The notes beneath the pieces were generated by a model. The model was not told the origin of the DNA. It searched no databases and saw only the letters and a program-made list of their open reading frames with translations. From assembly GCA_964016885.1 (NCBI GenBank), contig OZ024756.1:14508001-14572000 (forward strand): a stretch of DNA of 64,000 bases, given 5' to 3'. Below, one piece after another: positions 49,171 to 62,633 of this stretch (position 1 is the stretch's first letter; every line of letters begins with the position of its first letter). The translations under genes and the position numbers were made by a program. This DNA is from Eledone cirrhosa (taxonomy: Eukaryota).

Positions 49171-49311
49171 TTCTATCTTTGACAGCCCCTCCTAAATACT
49201 TTCTCTCCTGTTTCTCTGACACCTCACCAGATGTCAGCACAGACAGACACACATCGTGACGCACGGACAGACATTTAAATCATGTCATGTAACTCCATAA
49301 TTCATTGATTG

Positions 49312-49384
<73 letters not shown>

Positions 49385-49443
49385 CACACATGCAGGCACA
49401 CACACACACACTGATGAACACACATGCACTCACAGACACACAC

Positions 49444-49475
<32 letters not shown>

Positions 49476-49477
<2 letters not shown>

Positions 49478-50228
49478 GTTTCTTTATTAGCCACAGGGGC
49501 ACAAAAGAAGGGGACAAATACAAAGGGGGAAGTTTACATACAATAAAAACGCGAGTTTGTACTCCTTTCCTCTCCTCCTCCTTTTACTCAACCTACAGGC
49601 TGATATAGAGAGAAGGCCCATTCACTCGGGTCATTCTCACCACCTTCACCCACCTTTCATAAAACTTGCTGGGGTGCAGCACCTCTCTCTCCATCCTGAT
49701 TCTTATTCCAAAGTGGTACTTGAAAAAAAGAATCAGTTGTTGGCCGGAGAGAAAGGTGTCTGACCTCAGCCCTTTCAATCTTGTCCACCATACAACCTCT
49801 TTCGCCATAGCTATCACACAAAGGAAAACCGCATCTCTTTCGTTTTTGAAGGAGGGTGGCGGTTTGATCATGACAATGGACTCGGTGGTCAACTGGATTG
49901 GTCCCACCCGCGACAATAGTCGTTCTACATAGCCCCACAGGTCAGTGACGCCCGGGCAGTGTATGAATGCGTGCGTGACGGTGTCTTCGTCTCGCACGCA
50001 CCTCGGACAGATCTTTTTTGCAGGGTCCCTGCCCGGGAGCCCATGTCTGTAGAGCTTCTCTCGAACTGGTAGAGCTCCTCGGTAGCACTGCCAGGCCAGG
50101 GATTTTGGAAGTTGTCCATCGGTCCCGGGCGGAAGGTCCTACCGAACAGACTGGCCAGTTCATCTTCCTCTACGCCTAGAGTTTCACCGAGCGCGTCGTC
50201 GCACTTGCTGCGGATCAACCCTCTATAG
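49476..50228 (-). mobile_element. L1/Tx1-like LINE ORF2 3' fragment
   Basis: Zinc-knuckle-like ..DEDTVTHAFIHCP...LWGYVE and AKEVVWWTR; upstream frame FYRGL...W....RELYQF; between (GATA)n and (GA)n. Confidence 0.75.
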
Positions 50229-50232
50229 AATG

Positions 50233-50312
<80 letters not shown>

Positions 50313-50436
50313 GCACACAGACAGATACATGGACATACAGACGAACATATACACAAGTATATTACTTAACTCGGAAACACATATACATTCATATATATAT
50401 ATAAACATACACATAGATACATTGGTATATATACGC

Positions 50437-50469
<33 letters not shown>

Positions 50470-50473
<4 letters not shown>

Positions 50474-52185
50474 AACAAAGTGGAGGTGTTACATAGGAGA
50501 TTTATTCAAATATATATATATATATATATATATATAAGCAAAGAGTTATTTAATTTGTTGGTTATTCAACAAATTTATTTATAACAGATTCGAAGCACTC
50601 TACAGTTTTCTCTGGAGTATAATATCAATAATATTAATAAATGGAAACTATCTTTATAAAACCATATTTATTCTATTATATATATTTCAAGGGTACCAAA
50701 ACTTTGGTACACTCTCATCAGATAAAATACAAAAGTTGTTTTATAAATAGTGACATATCCAAGAAACAAGAATTTATCGTTTTAAGTTCTGTTTGAATAG
50801 TGAAAGAAATTTCAAATCTTAGGATGAATATGTTAATGAGGCTAACGTAAAGTTGAAAAAGATCGTTATATTTAGACGCTAGGTAAATTCAAATAATTAT
50901 TAGGATAGTTTTTAAGGGAAGAAGAGAGAGAGGTTAATATTAATATTAGGGTGTAAGAAAATTTAAGGAATGAATATAAGAAAAAATTATATTATAGTTA
51001 GAAATAGACTATTATTATTAAAATATAATTGCATGGATCATATCAGTGATGGTGTAAAGAGAGTGAAATAATTATATTTATTTATTTAATTATATAATTA
51101 TATATTTTGGTAGTATCTATAAAATAATATGAGAATTATAAATGTGTTGAAGTGGTAGAATACCAATTTAAAAAACAATTTAAATTGAGAGATACTACTA
51201 ATTATTGGATCTTTTCTAATCGTGAGTTTTAATATTATATAGATAATATTTATAAGCATATTTTATGAAGAATTAAGGTTGTAAGTATATTTTATTTTAT
51301 TATATTACAACAGGTTATTTATATAAATATTTATATAAATAATTTTGGTGAATATATATGTTATTTTTATCAATAGATAGATAATTTAAATATTTTTAAT
51401 ATATGTTAAGGGTTTCGATGAATTTCTTGTTTACCCTTTCAATATATATTTAAGAAATATTGAATATTTTTAAAAGTAAATTCTAGATTAAACGACAAAT
51501 GTAACTTAACTATTTTAACTAAGAAATATTGGAGTTATCTTTTCCTTTATAATGTATCACGCTTAAACATTTCTTCTAAGTAACAACTAAACTTTACATA
51601 AATATTAAATTTTTCTGTATAATTTCGTTAACTTCGTAAATTTTGTAAATGTATTCCTATCTTGATGGAACTATAGAATGTACAAAATAATATTCTATAA
51701 TAAAATCAGAACTACTTCCTTTCTTAAATATATATTGAAAATGTAAACAAGAAATTCATCGAAACCCTTAACATATATAACAAAATACTAGATTAAAGAT
51801 GCCATTTTTGAGAATATCATAAGTATGCACCATACCACCCGTGGAAGAAGCTCAAAGATTCCAAGTAGTAAATCCGAACATTTATATTAAATCAAAAGTA
51901 GGATGATATATATATATTTATAAAATGAACATCAAACAATTACAGGGGATAATTTGTAAAGAGTGTAACCACATATAGTTACGGATGTAACATATTAATA
52001 ATTAACAAGAACCTTGCAATAATGATTAATCTCCTTTGTATATATTCCATTGAAGAAATATATTTCACCATTAATCGGTGAATCATAGATGTCATAGATG
52101 TCAAATCTTCGATCATCAGCAAAGAAGAAGTATCTATATTCAAATATATATACAAATTATCCTCTTTAATTGTTTGATGTGTTTA
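50470..52185 (-). mobile_element. Probable highly decayed Penelope-like element remnant with terminal hammerhead
   Basis: Minus-strand peptide scraps FFNG, LSPVI, PKLF, LNWYS in Penelope RT order; HHR at the 3' end; internal inversions; no open frame. Confidence 0.45.
50671..50727 (-). ncRNA. Type I hammerhead ribozyme motif
   Basis: Minus: TTTTAT-CTGATGA-GAGTGTACCAAAGTTTTGGTACCCTT-GAAAT-ATAT-ATA-ATAGAA. Confidence 0.8.
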
Positions 52186-52257
52186 TCTATCTATATATTA
52201 CTAAAAGTCTGTGATTGATTGCTTGCTTGTCTGTAATGTAATAGAGCCAAAAGGGCG

Positions 52258-53496
52258 CCAAGAATCCCTCTCATTCCATCAGGAGCAGAAATTCCCTTTT
52301 CATTCAGACGTCTGCAATTTCCAATTCGTGTCAACTTTGCAATGTCCATTAACAAATTCCAAGGTCAGACCCTGTCTGTAGCCGGACTTCTCTTGGAAGA
52401 GACATGTTGGAAGTCTGTGGCCGGACTTCTCTTGGAAGAGACATGTTGGAAGTCTGTGGCCGGACTTCTCTTGGAAGAGACATGTTGGAAGTCTGTGGCC
52501 GGACTTCTCTTGGAAGAGACATGTTGGAAGTCTGTGGCCGGACTTCTCTTGGAAGAGACATATTGGAAGTCTGTAGCCGGACTTCTCTTGGAAGAGACAT
52601 GTTGGAAGTCTGTAGCCGGACTTCTCTTGGAAGAGACATGTTGGAAGTCTGTGGCCGGACTTCTCTTGGAAGAGACATGTTGGAAGTCTGTGGCCGGACT
52701 TCTCTTGGAAGAGACATGTTGGAAGTCTGTAGCCGGACTTCTCTTGGAAGAGACATGTTGGAAGTCTGTGGCCGGACTTCTCTTGGAAGAGACATGTTGG
52801 AAGTCTGTGGCCGGACTTCTCTTGGAAGAGACATGTTGGAAGTCTGTGGCCGGACTTCTCTTGGAAGAGACATGTTGGAAGTCTGTGGCCGGACTTCTCT
52901 TGGAAGAGACATGTTGGAAGTCTGTGGCCGGACTTCTCTTGGAAGAGACATGTTGGAAGTCTGTGGCCGGACTTCTCTTGGAAGAGACATGTTGGAAGTC
53001 TGTGGCCGGACTTCTCTTGGAAGAGACATGTTGGAAGTCTGTGGCCGGACTTCTCTTGGAAGAGACATGTTGGAAGTCTGTGGCCGGACTTCTCTTGGAA
53101 GAGACATGTTGGAAGTCTGTGGCCGGACTTCTCTTGGAAGAGACATGTTGGAAGTCTGTAGCCGGACTTCTCTTGGAAGAGACATGTTGGAAGTCTGTGG
53201 CCGGACTTCTCTTGGAAGAGGCATGTTGGACGTCTGTAGCCGGACTTCTCTTGGAAGAGACATGTTGGAAGTCTGTGGCCGGACTTCTCTTGGAAGAGAC
53301 ATGTTGGAAGTCTGTGGCCGGACTTCTCTTGGAAGAGACATGTTGGAAGTCTGTGGCCGGACTTCTCTTGGAAGAGGCATGTTTCTCATACGGACAATAG
53401 TACGTTGGGTGTTCCCGAGTGGGAAGCAGAGGAAACCTTTTTGCATTTGCACGACGCGGAAAAACAAAGAACATTGTTTACAACGAGGTGTTATAA
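52258..53496 (+). pseudogene. Helitron RepHel PIF1-type helicase C-terminal fragment interrupted by a tandem expansion
   Basis: PRIPLIPS...FRRLQFPIRVNFAMSINKFQGQTL-[repeat]-CFSYGQ*YVGCSRVG...TKNIVYNEVL*; helicase motifs V and VI; in-frame stop 53398-53400. Confidence 0.9.
52375..53383 (+). repeat. 39-bp minisatellite, ~26 near-identical copies
   Basis: Unit TCTGTRGCCGGACTTCTCTTGGAAGAGACATGTTGGAAG (SVAGLLLEETCWK); no spacers. Confidence 0.97.
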
Positions 53497-54360
53497 TAAA
53501 AACATACGAGGAGGAACACACACATACATATAGCGTTAGTAAGTTCCATACACATTATCTTCACACACAGACAATTAAACACACACACACACACACACAT
53601 CTACACATACATATATATGTGGTGACTGACAAGTAATAGGTTTGCGTGAATGTATGTCTGTGTGTATCTGTCTTAGTATATGTATGTGAGAGTGTATGTG
53701 TGTGTGAGTGTATGTGTTAGTGTATGTGTGTATATGTGTGTGTGAGTGTATGTGTGAGTGTATGTGTGAGAGTATGTGTGTGAGTGTATGTGTGAGTGTA
53801 TGTGTGAGTGTATGTGTGAGAGTATGTGTGTGTGTGAGTGTATGTGTGATAATTTTTATTTTCATTTGCATTAAAACAATAGAAAACGACATACCTTTGG
53901 TTCGTGATTAAATACACACACACATCTACACATATGTAGCAACTGACCAAAAATGAGGTGAAAAGCTATGTGTGTGTGTCTGCGTGAATGTATGTCAGTG
54001 TGTGTCTGTCTTAGTATATGTATAGGAGAGTGTATGTGTGTGAGTGTGTAGCAACAATTTATTCATTTGGACACCAACAAAATATTACACAATTAATATT
54101 GTTTACCCTAAGGTGCTTCAAGATTGACAGATTTTTCATTCCTAAATTCTATTTTCATTACAATTTCGATATTTTAAAAATAAAATATAGATATTTTGAA
54201 ATAATTATGAGAAAAAAAACAACATATTTTCATATTTATTGTTTACTAATCTGAATAAGAACAGCAGTAACTTGGGCAACGCCGGGTAATTTAGCTAGTA
54301 TATATATATATATATATATAAAGATACATATATATTACACATACGCACACACACATACAT

Positions 54361-54400
<40 letters not shown>

Positions 54401-54499
54401 TTCTGTGAGTATATGTATTTGTATATATGAAGTGGTGCTATTTGATGTATGAGTGTGGGAGTATTTGTATGTGTTTGTATGAGGTAGTGTTAGGTTATA

Positions 54500-54660
54500 T
54501 ATGTGTATGTGAGGTGGGGCAAGGCGATGTGTGTGTATGTGAGGTGGGGAAAGGTGATGTGTGTGTTTGTGAGGTGGGGCAAGGTGATGTGTGTGTTTGT
54601 GAGGTGGGGCAAGGTGATGTGTGTGTATGTGAGGTGGGGCAAGGTGTTGTGTGTGTAAGG
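54500..54660. repeat. 30-bp tandem repeat, ~5 copies
   Basis: GTGAGGTGGGGCAAGGTGATGTGTGTGTWT. Confidence 0.9.
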
Positions 54661-55013
54661 TGGTGTTAGGTGATGTGACGATGCCTTCAACGAGTTGTAA
54701 ACAGGATATTAGATGTGTATCTACGATGTTCAGAAATCTACCATCCACAGCCCTCGAGGGTTTCCCTTTCTGGGGCTGATCTTGGTTTGATAAAACCTGT
54801 ACAACTCTTGACAGCATCACTCTGGGGGCCTAACTTGATGAAACACACAACATCCACCAACAGACAGACGGAACAAATATGGCCTTAACTCTCTTGATAT
54901 GCGCAACCTTTCTTTACTTCTGTCCCACGGCTGACACTTTTTTTTTTCAATCTCTTTGTCTGTCTGTCTGTCTGTCAATCTCTCTGTATCTATCTGTTTG
55001 TCAGCCTCTCTCA

Positions 55014-55063
<50 letters not shown>

Positions 55064-55068
<5 letters not shown>

Positions 55069-55400
55069 CTCCCCTGGTATTCGCGGGGGTTACGTTCCTA
55101 GAACACCCGAAAAGGTTGAAAAGCCGCGAATATCGGACGTGGTCCATAAAGATGCTTATAAACGTCAAACTATAACCTAAAATATAATTTTAAAAAATAG
55201 GGAGCGTCTTATGCGAAGAGGCATCCAATAGGCCGACAAATATGGTATATTGTTATTAATAATTTAACATTAAGAAATATATATGTTGCCACGATTACGC
55301 AAATATGCGGTGGTTTCCACCAACAATTATTAGTTAGGTTCTAAGAAAATTCCCGCGAATAATCGAGACCGCGAATTTCCGGACAGCGAATACCGGCGTT

Positions 55401-55403
<3 letters not shown>
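55064..55403. mobile_element. Probable Tigger/pogo-type MITE
   Basis: Ends CTGGTATTCGCGG / CAGCGAATACCGG, internal CCGCGAAT repeats, (TA)n flanks. Confidence 0.55.
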
Positions 55404-55453
<50 letters not shown>

Positions 55454-55561
55454 GAAGTTATATTTATGTTGGGATACAACAAGCAAATATTTTTATAACT
55501 GATATAAAGCACTCAACAAATTTATTAACAAATGGAAACTATATTTATAAAACCATATTTA

Positions 55562-55622
55562 TTTCATTATACATATTTCAAGGACACCAAAGCAAATTAT
55601 GGTGCGCTTTCATCAGATAAAA
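55562..55622 (-). ncRNA. Type I hammerhead ribozyme motif
   Basis: Minus: TTTTAT-CTGATGA-AAGCGCACCA...TGGTGTCCTT-GAAAT-ATGT-ATA-ATGAAA. Confidence 0.78.
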
Positions 55623-55758
55623 TATAATATAGATCAGTTTTATAAACAAATATTGACATACCCTTAAAGAATGCGACCATGCCGGGAGCGTCCAACCGAC
55701 ATGGTCGTATTCTTTAAGGGTATGTCAATATTTGTTTATAAAACTGATCTATATTATA

Positions 55759-55819
55759 TTTTATCTGATGAAAGCACACCATAATTTAACTTGGTGTCCT
55801 TGAAATATGTATAATGAAA
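55759..55819 (+). ncRNA. Type I hammerhead ribozyme motif
   Basis: TTTTAT-CTGATGA-AAGCACACCA...TGGTGTCCTT-GAAAT-ATGT-ATA-ATGAAA. Confidence 0.78.
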
Positions 55820-56265
55820 TAAATATGGTTTTATAAATATAGTTTCCATTTGTTAATATATTGTATATATATATATATATATATCCATGTATGTAAATGT
55901 GTATGTATACATATACACATATCACTAACAATGTATAGACCATTCCACCAACATATACGCAGATACACATAGACAATTAAAAACAACGCACACATATATC
56001 CCCACTTTTTTTTAATTTTCTCATCTCTGAACTATCGTACTGCCGATGAAGGACTGGCGTCCGATACGTCGAACTTTTCCTCATTTTCATCCCCAAAGTG
56101 AAACTAATAAGACAAATTGTTTTTGTATTTCTGTGTTGGCATTTTTAAATTATAAACACACACATACACACACAGACACACACACATATATATATATATA
56201 CATGTACGGACGCATACACATTCACATATATATATACATACATGCGCGCACACACACACACACAC

Positions 56266-56331
<66 letters not shown>

Positions 56332-56553
56332 TTCGTTTCTGAATTTGTTTAGCAAGATTCTTTATCTGAAATCGTGTGTTGAAACCGATATTGTTATACT
56401 TTGGGAGGATCATGTTGCCAATAAGAAACACACGCACCAGTTGCTTTCACTTCAATTTATTATATATTTATAAATTTATAAATTTACAAATCTACAAACT
56501 TATAAATTTCTGGTTGGTTGGTTGGTTCCACAACCAGATAGTTGTTTATATAT

Positions 56554-56598
56554 AGTCATAGTCCTTTCGTCACACACTCTGTGACCTCTTCAGTGACT
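56554..56598 (-). ncRNA. Type I hammerhead ribozyme motif
   Basis: Minus: AGTCA-CTGAAGA-G-GTCACA-GAGTG-TGTGAC-GAAAG-GA-CTA-TGACT; perfect stems I and II. Confidence 0.78.
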
Positions 56599-56863
56599 GG
56601 GGATTCCTTTCTTTGTTTCTGTGCCTTTCCTTTCTTCTGTCCTACGCCATTTCTTATATATATATAAGAAGTGACCAACCCGAAAATTCGGCCCGAGATG
56701 TTAAAAGCCTTAAATATAGAAGGTATTCTCTGGCTGACTTGTGTGTGTTGGGTGGCCTGGATCTATGGAAAGGCACCTAAGCAATGGCAATCAGGAATGA
56801 TAATCCCAATTTTCAAAAAGGGAGACGAAAGAGATTGTTCCAATTACAGAGGGAATCTCTTTG

Positions 56864-57800
56864 TTAAGCCTTTAGCATTCACATTACTCTATATATACTA
56901 CTATATTTTCATGGTAAAGGCTTTATCTCACATAATATCTCACATAACATTCACATTACTCTATATATACTATTATATTTTCATGGTAAAGGCTTTACCT
57001 CACATAATATCTCACATAACATTCACATTACTCTATATATACTATTATATTTTCATGGTAAAGGCTTTACCTCACATAATATCTCACATAACATTCACAT
57101 TACTCTATATATACTATTATATTTTCATGGTAAAGGCTTTATCTCACATAATATCTCACATAACATTCACATTACTCTATATATACTATTATATTTTCAT
57201 GGTAAAGGCTTTATCTCACATAATATCTCAGATAACATTCACATTACTCTATATATACTATTATATTTTCATGGTAAAGGCTTTATCTCACATAATATCT
57301 CAGATAACATTCACATTACTCTATATATACTATTATATTTTCATGGTAAAGGCTTTATCTCACATAATATCTCACATAACATTCACATTACTCTATATAT
57401 ACTATTATATTTTCATGGTAAAGGCTTTATCTCACATAATATCTCACATAACATTCACATTACTCTATATATACTATTATATTTTCATGGTAAAGGCTTT
57501 ATCTCACATAATATCTCATAACATTCACATTACTCTATATATACTATTATATTTTCATGGTAAAGGCTTTATCTCACATAATATCTCACATAACATTCAC
57601 ATTACTCTATATATACTATTATATTTTTATGGTAAAGGCTTTATCTCACATAATTATCTCACATAATATCGAATTTATGAGATATTGAAAGTATTTATTT
57701 GAAGAACAATACCTTAACATCAGTTTGAGCGACCAGTTACAGCCAGTTTCAACAGAAAAAGGTAGAGAATTCTGGCCGGTTTTGAACATTAAAGGGTTAA
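56864..57800. mobile_element. TTAA-flanked (piggyBac-type) MITE containing a 72-bp satellite
   Basis: TTAA-GCCTTTAGCATTC ... GAACATTAAAGGG-TTAA; the LINE reading resumes across it. Confidence 0.7.
56876..57669. repeat. 72-bp tandem repeat, ~11 copies
   Basis: CATTCACATTACTCTATATATACTATTATATTTTCATGGTAAAGGCTTTATCTCACATAATATCTCACATAA at 56876, 56948 and onward. Confidence 0.95.
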
Positions 57801-58209
57801 ACCTCTCTATGGTAAGTGTCTGGCAAAGAGATGTAGCGAGATTGTCAAGTCCAAGCTAGCTGACAAACAGTGTGGTTTTTAACCCCGGGCGCGGCAGAGC
57901 CGACCAACTATTCACATAAGGCAGGTCTATAACAAACCGTGGGAGGTGTATTCTTGCTTTGCAGACCCCCGAAGAGGTATATGAGCGAGTCCCACGGGAT
58001 CTGGAAGGTTCTGCAGGAGTATGGCATCAATGATCAGCTTCTTGTTGTACTGGTGTCTCTATCCCCGAGTATTTGTGATAAATGGGGCTGAATCAAACCT
58101 ATCAATGTGGATGTCGGACTCCGCCAAGCGTGTGTACTTTTCCTCTTAGAAAATAAATAAATACATTAGTATACATACATAATACATATATACATCATAC
58201 ATATATAAT

Positions 58210-58750
58210 ACATGGTGGCTGCCAACTCGTTTTCGAGTACGGCCACTAATTTATATCCATGTAGGAGGACCCCTACCGATGCGCTGAACGAGTGTGACTT
58301 TTTAGTCCAGCCAGCGACTTGACAACTCTGGTACAAACACTACACCTGTCACAATTATTGACACATAGTGTTGGGCCCATGGCACCATGTGACGACAAGT
58401 GCAGAGAGATCTCCAGACACAAAGCAATGCCTGTGCCGTGAAGCTTTTATACCAAAAAGAACAAGTCAACATCATTGGATACCATCAGGGTTGCAGGTGT
58501 TATATCAGAGTTTTCCTTCTCCTAGAATTCCGCCTTGACAAAGGCTAAGGGGTCATCTCTCCCGGATATATATATACATACATGTCAATAATTGTCAATA
58601 ATATATATATACATACATGTCAATAATTGTCACAAGTGTAGTGTTTGTACCAGAGTTTTCAAGTCGTTGGCTGGACTAAAAAGTCACACTCGTTCAGCGC
58701 ATCGGTCGGGGTTCTCCTACATGGATATAAAGTAGTGGCCGTACTCGAAA
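58210..58750. mobile_element. Family F-related element plus inverted partial copy
   Basis: 58210-58565 matches 41622-42037; 58617-58750 is the reverse complement of ~58230-58366. Confidence 0.78.
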
Positions 58751-58951
58751 ACATAATACATATATACATACATACATATACATATATATATATATACAGG
58801 GAGTGTAACTTGGAGTTACTGTCGGTTCACCCGGGTGAGCACTCGATGGTTAGGTTCGTTTCAGTGTCAAGGTGTAGCGCTAGACAGAGTGTATTACAGT
58901 TAAATAAGATAACAAGGACGATTGGTTACTCCTTCATTAAATTTATTGGTT

Positions 58952-59042
58952 AGTGACGCGTGTTTCGCCACTGATCAGCTCAAGGTATCGATCAGCTCTG
59001 TATCGATCTTACCAGACTCTGTAATCTGCGGCTCGACGGACC
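58952..59042 (-). ncRNA. Hammerhead-like motif with variant core CCGUCGA and long stem II
   Basis: Minus: GGT-CCGTCGA-GCCGC...GTGGC-GAAAC-ACGC-GTC-ACT, then AATAAA. Confidence 0.5.
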
Positions 59043-59329
59043 CCTTGAAATGCTAGTAGAAAATGAATACATATATAAATATATAAATATATTTGGGCGT
59101 GTAAAGATACACACTCACACATACACACATATATATATTTACACACACGTATGTACTTATGTATGTATGTACACATATATAAGTGTGAGTGTGTATGTAT
59201 GTATATCTATCTATCTGTCTGTCTGTGTGTGTCTGCCTGCCAGTATATATATATATATATATATATAAATGTATGTTTGCGGTGCCCCAGCATGGCCTCA
59301 GTCGGATGGCTGGAACAGGTAAAAGAGTA

Positions 59330-59396
59330 ATATATATGTATGTATGTATATATAAAAATATATATATATAAAGATATATATAAATATATATATATA

Positions 59397-59428
<32 letters not shown>

Positions 59429-59454
59429 AATATATATATATAAATATATATATA

Positions 59455-59486
<32 letters not shown>

Positions 59487-59703
59487 AATATATACATATA
59501 AATATATATATATAAATATATATATATAAATATATATATGTAAATATATATATATAAATATATATATATAAATATATATATATGAATATAAATATATATA
59601 TATAAATATATATATAAATATATATATATATATACATATATACATATATATATACATATATACATATATATATACATATATACATATATATATACATATA
59701 TAC

Positions 59704-59734
<31 letters not shown>

Positions 59735-60124
59735 CATATATACATATATATATATATATACATATATCTATACATATATATATATATACATATAAATATA
59801 AATATATATACATATAAATATAAATATATATATATATAAATATATATATATAAATATATATATAAAAATATATATGAATATATATATAAATATATATATA
59901 TAAATATATATATAAATATATATATAAATATATATTGGTAAACGGAAAAGAAAATGCTGACAAATTGTTCACAGTGAAAAATTATTTAATTAGGAATAAG
60001 TGAGAATTAATAATAGTATTGGTTACTATTCAGTTTTGGTTTTAAGTTTCACCGGTTGCGCATTTCTAATGCTTTTCAAAAATAATTTTGAGATAGAGCG
60101 TCCGTGATGTTTGCTCTAATATAA

Positions 60125-60181
<57 letters not shown>

Positions 60182-60186
60182 AATAA

Positions 60187-60219
<33 letters not shown>

Positions 60220-60222
60220 AAT

Positions 60223-60253
<31 letters not shown>

Positions 60254-60258
60254 AATAA

Positions 60259-60291
<33 letters not shown>

Positions 60292-60540
60292 AATATATAT
60301 ATATAAATATACATATATATATAAATATACATATATAAATATACATATATATATATAAATATACATATATAAATATACATATATATATATAAATATACAT
60401 ATATAAATATACATATATATATATAAATATATATATAAATATATATATATATAAATATATATATACATATATATATAAATATATATATACATATATATAT
60501 AAATATATATATACATATATATATATAAATATATATATAC

Positions 60541-60571
<31 letters not shown>

Positions 60572-60614
60572 AATATATATAAATATATATATATATATAA
60601 ATATATATAAATAT

Positions 60615-60671
<57 letters not shown>

Positions 60672-60848
60672 AATATATATATAAATATATAAATATACAT
60701 ATATAAATATACATATATATATATAAATATATATATAAATATATATATACATATATATATAAATATATATATACATATATATATAAATATATATATACAT
60801 ATATATATAAATATATATATACATATATATATATAAATATATATATAC

Positions 60849-60879
<31 letters not shown>

Positions 60880-60922
60880 AATATATATAAATATATATAT
60901 ATATATAAATATATATAAATAT

Positions 60923-60979
<57 letters not shown>

Positions 60980-61040
60980 AATATATATATAAATATATAT
61001 ATACATATATATATAAATATATATATACATATATATATAA

Positions 61041-61099
<59 letters not shown>

Positions 61100-61192
61100 T
61101 GTATATATATATAAATATATATATATAAATATACATATATAAATATATAAATATATATATATATAAATATATATATATAATATATATATATA

Positions 61193-61252
<60 letters not shown>

Positions 61253-61556
61253 AATATATATATATAAATATACATATATATATAAATATATATATATAAA
61301 TATATATGTATAAATATATATATATATATATATATAAATATACATATATATATATATAAATATAATATACATATATAAATATACATATATATATATATAA
61401 ATATACATATATAAATATATATACATAAATATATATATACATATAAATATATATAAATATATATATATAAATATACATATACATATAAATATATATATAT
61501 AAATATACATATACATATAAATATATATATATAAATATACATATACATATAAATAT

Positions 61557-61587
<31 letters not shown>

Positions 61588-61620
61588 AATATATATATAT
61601 ATATATAAATATACATATAA

Positions 61621-61651
<31 letters not shown>

Positions 61652-61664
61652 AATATACATATAA

Positions 61665-61695
<31 letters not shown>

Positions 61696-61708
61696 AATTT
61701 ACATATAA

Positions 61709-61759
<51 letters not shown>

Positions 61760-61812
61760 AATTTACATATAAATATATATAAATATATATATATATATAT
61801 AAATTTACATAT

Positions 61813-61847
<35 letters not shown>

Positions 61848-61922
61848 AATATATATATATAAATATACATATAAATATATATATACATATATATATAAAT
61901 ATATATATACATATATATATAA

Positions 61923-61991
<69 letters not shown>

Positions 61992-62124
61992 TATATATAT
62001 AAATATGTTATATATATATAAATATATATATAATATAAAATATATATATAATAAAATATATATATATATTATATATAAATATATATATATAATATATATA
62101 TATAAATATATATTATAAATATAT

Positions 62125-62175
<51 letters not shown>

Positions 62176-62516
62176 TACATATATATATAATATATATATA
62201 TAAATATATATTATAAATATATATATATATATATATAAATATACATATATATATATATAAATATAATATACATATAAATATACATATATATATATATAAA
62301 TATACATATATAAATATATATACATAAATATATATATACATATAAATATATATAAATATATATATATAAATATACATATACATATAAATATATATATATA
62401 AATATACATATACATATAAATATATATATATAAATATACATATAATATAAATATATATAAATATATACATATAAATATATATAAATATATATATATATAT
62501 ATAAATATACATATAA

Positions 62517-62547
<31 letters not shown>

Positions 62548-62602
62548 AATATACATATAAATATATATATAAATATATATATATATATAAATTTACATAT
62601 AA

Positions 62603-62633
<31 letters not shown>

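Larger units (their letters stand above)
52186..54298 (+). mobile_element. Non-autonomous Helitron
   Basis: A|TC start at 52186 or 52190; decayed hairpin CTTGGGCAACGCCGGG then CTAG|T at 54295-54299; RepHel helicase C-terminus inside. Confidence 0.85.
55523..55858. mobile_element. Fold-back element (~163-bp arms) with two hammerhead motifs
   Basis: Arms symmetric about GAGCGTCCAA (55686-55695); homologous to ~50570-50760. Confidence 0.85.
56670..58142 (+). mobile_element. Decayed RTE-clade RT fragment split by a MITE
   Basis: IRPEMLKAL...WQSGMIIPIFKKGD...CSNYRG before 56864; K.ADKQCGF..PGR...DQLFT after 57800. Confidence 0.8.

Noticed and set aside
44474-49259. Plus-strand poly-Val ORFs as membrane proteins
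   Set aside because: Products of the GTT/GTG repeat with recurring frameshifts
52375-53383. 39-bp repeats as a CRISPR array or repeat-protein gene
   Set aside because: Units are head-to-tail with no spacers, no cas genes are present, and the unit derives from Helitron helicase sequence followed by an in-frame stop
56041-56074. HHR-like CCGATGAAGGACTGGCGTCCGATACGTC
   Set aside because: Two core substitutions and no stem I; probably a decayed relative of 6839-6874
56671-57666. 331-aa ORF with 24-aa repeats
   Set aside because: Chimeric read-through of an RT fragment into a 72-bp satellite
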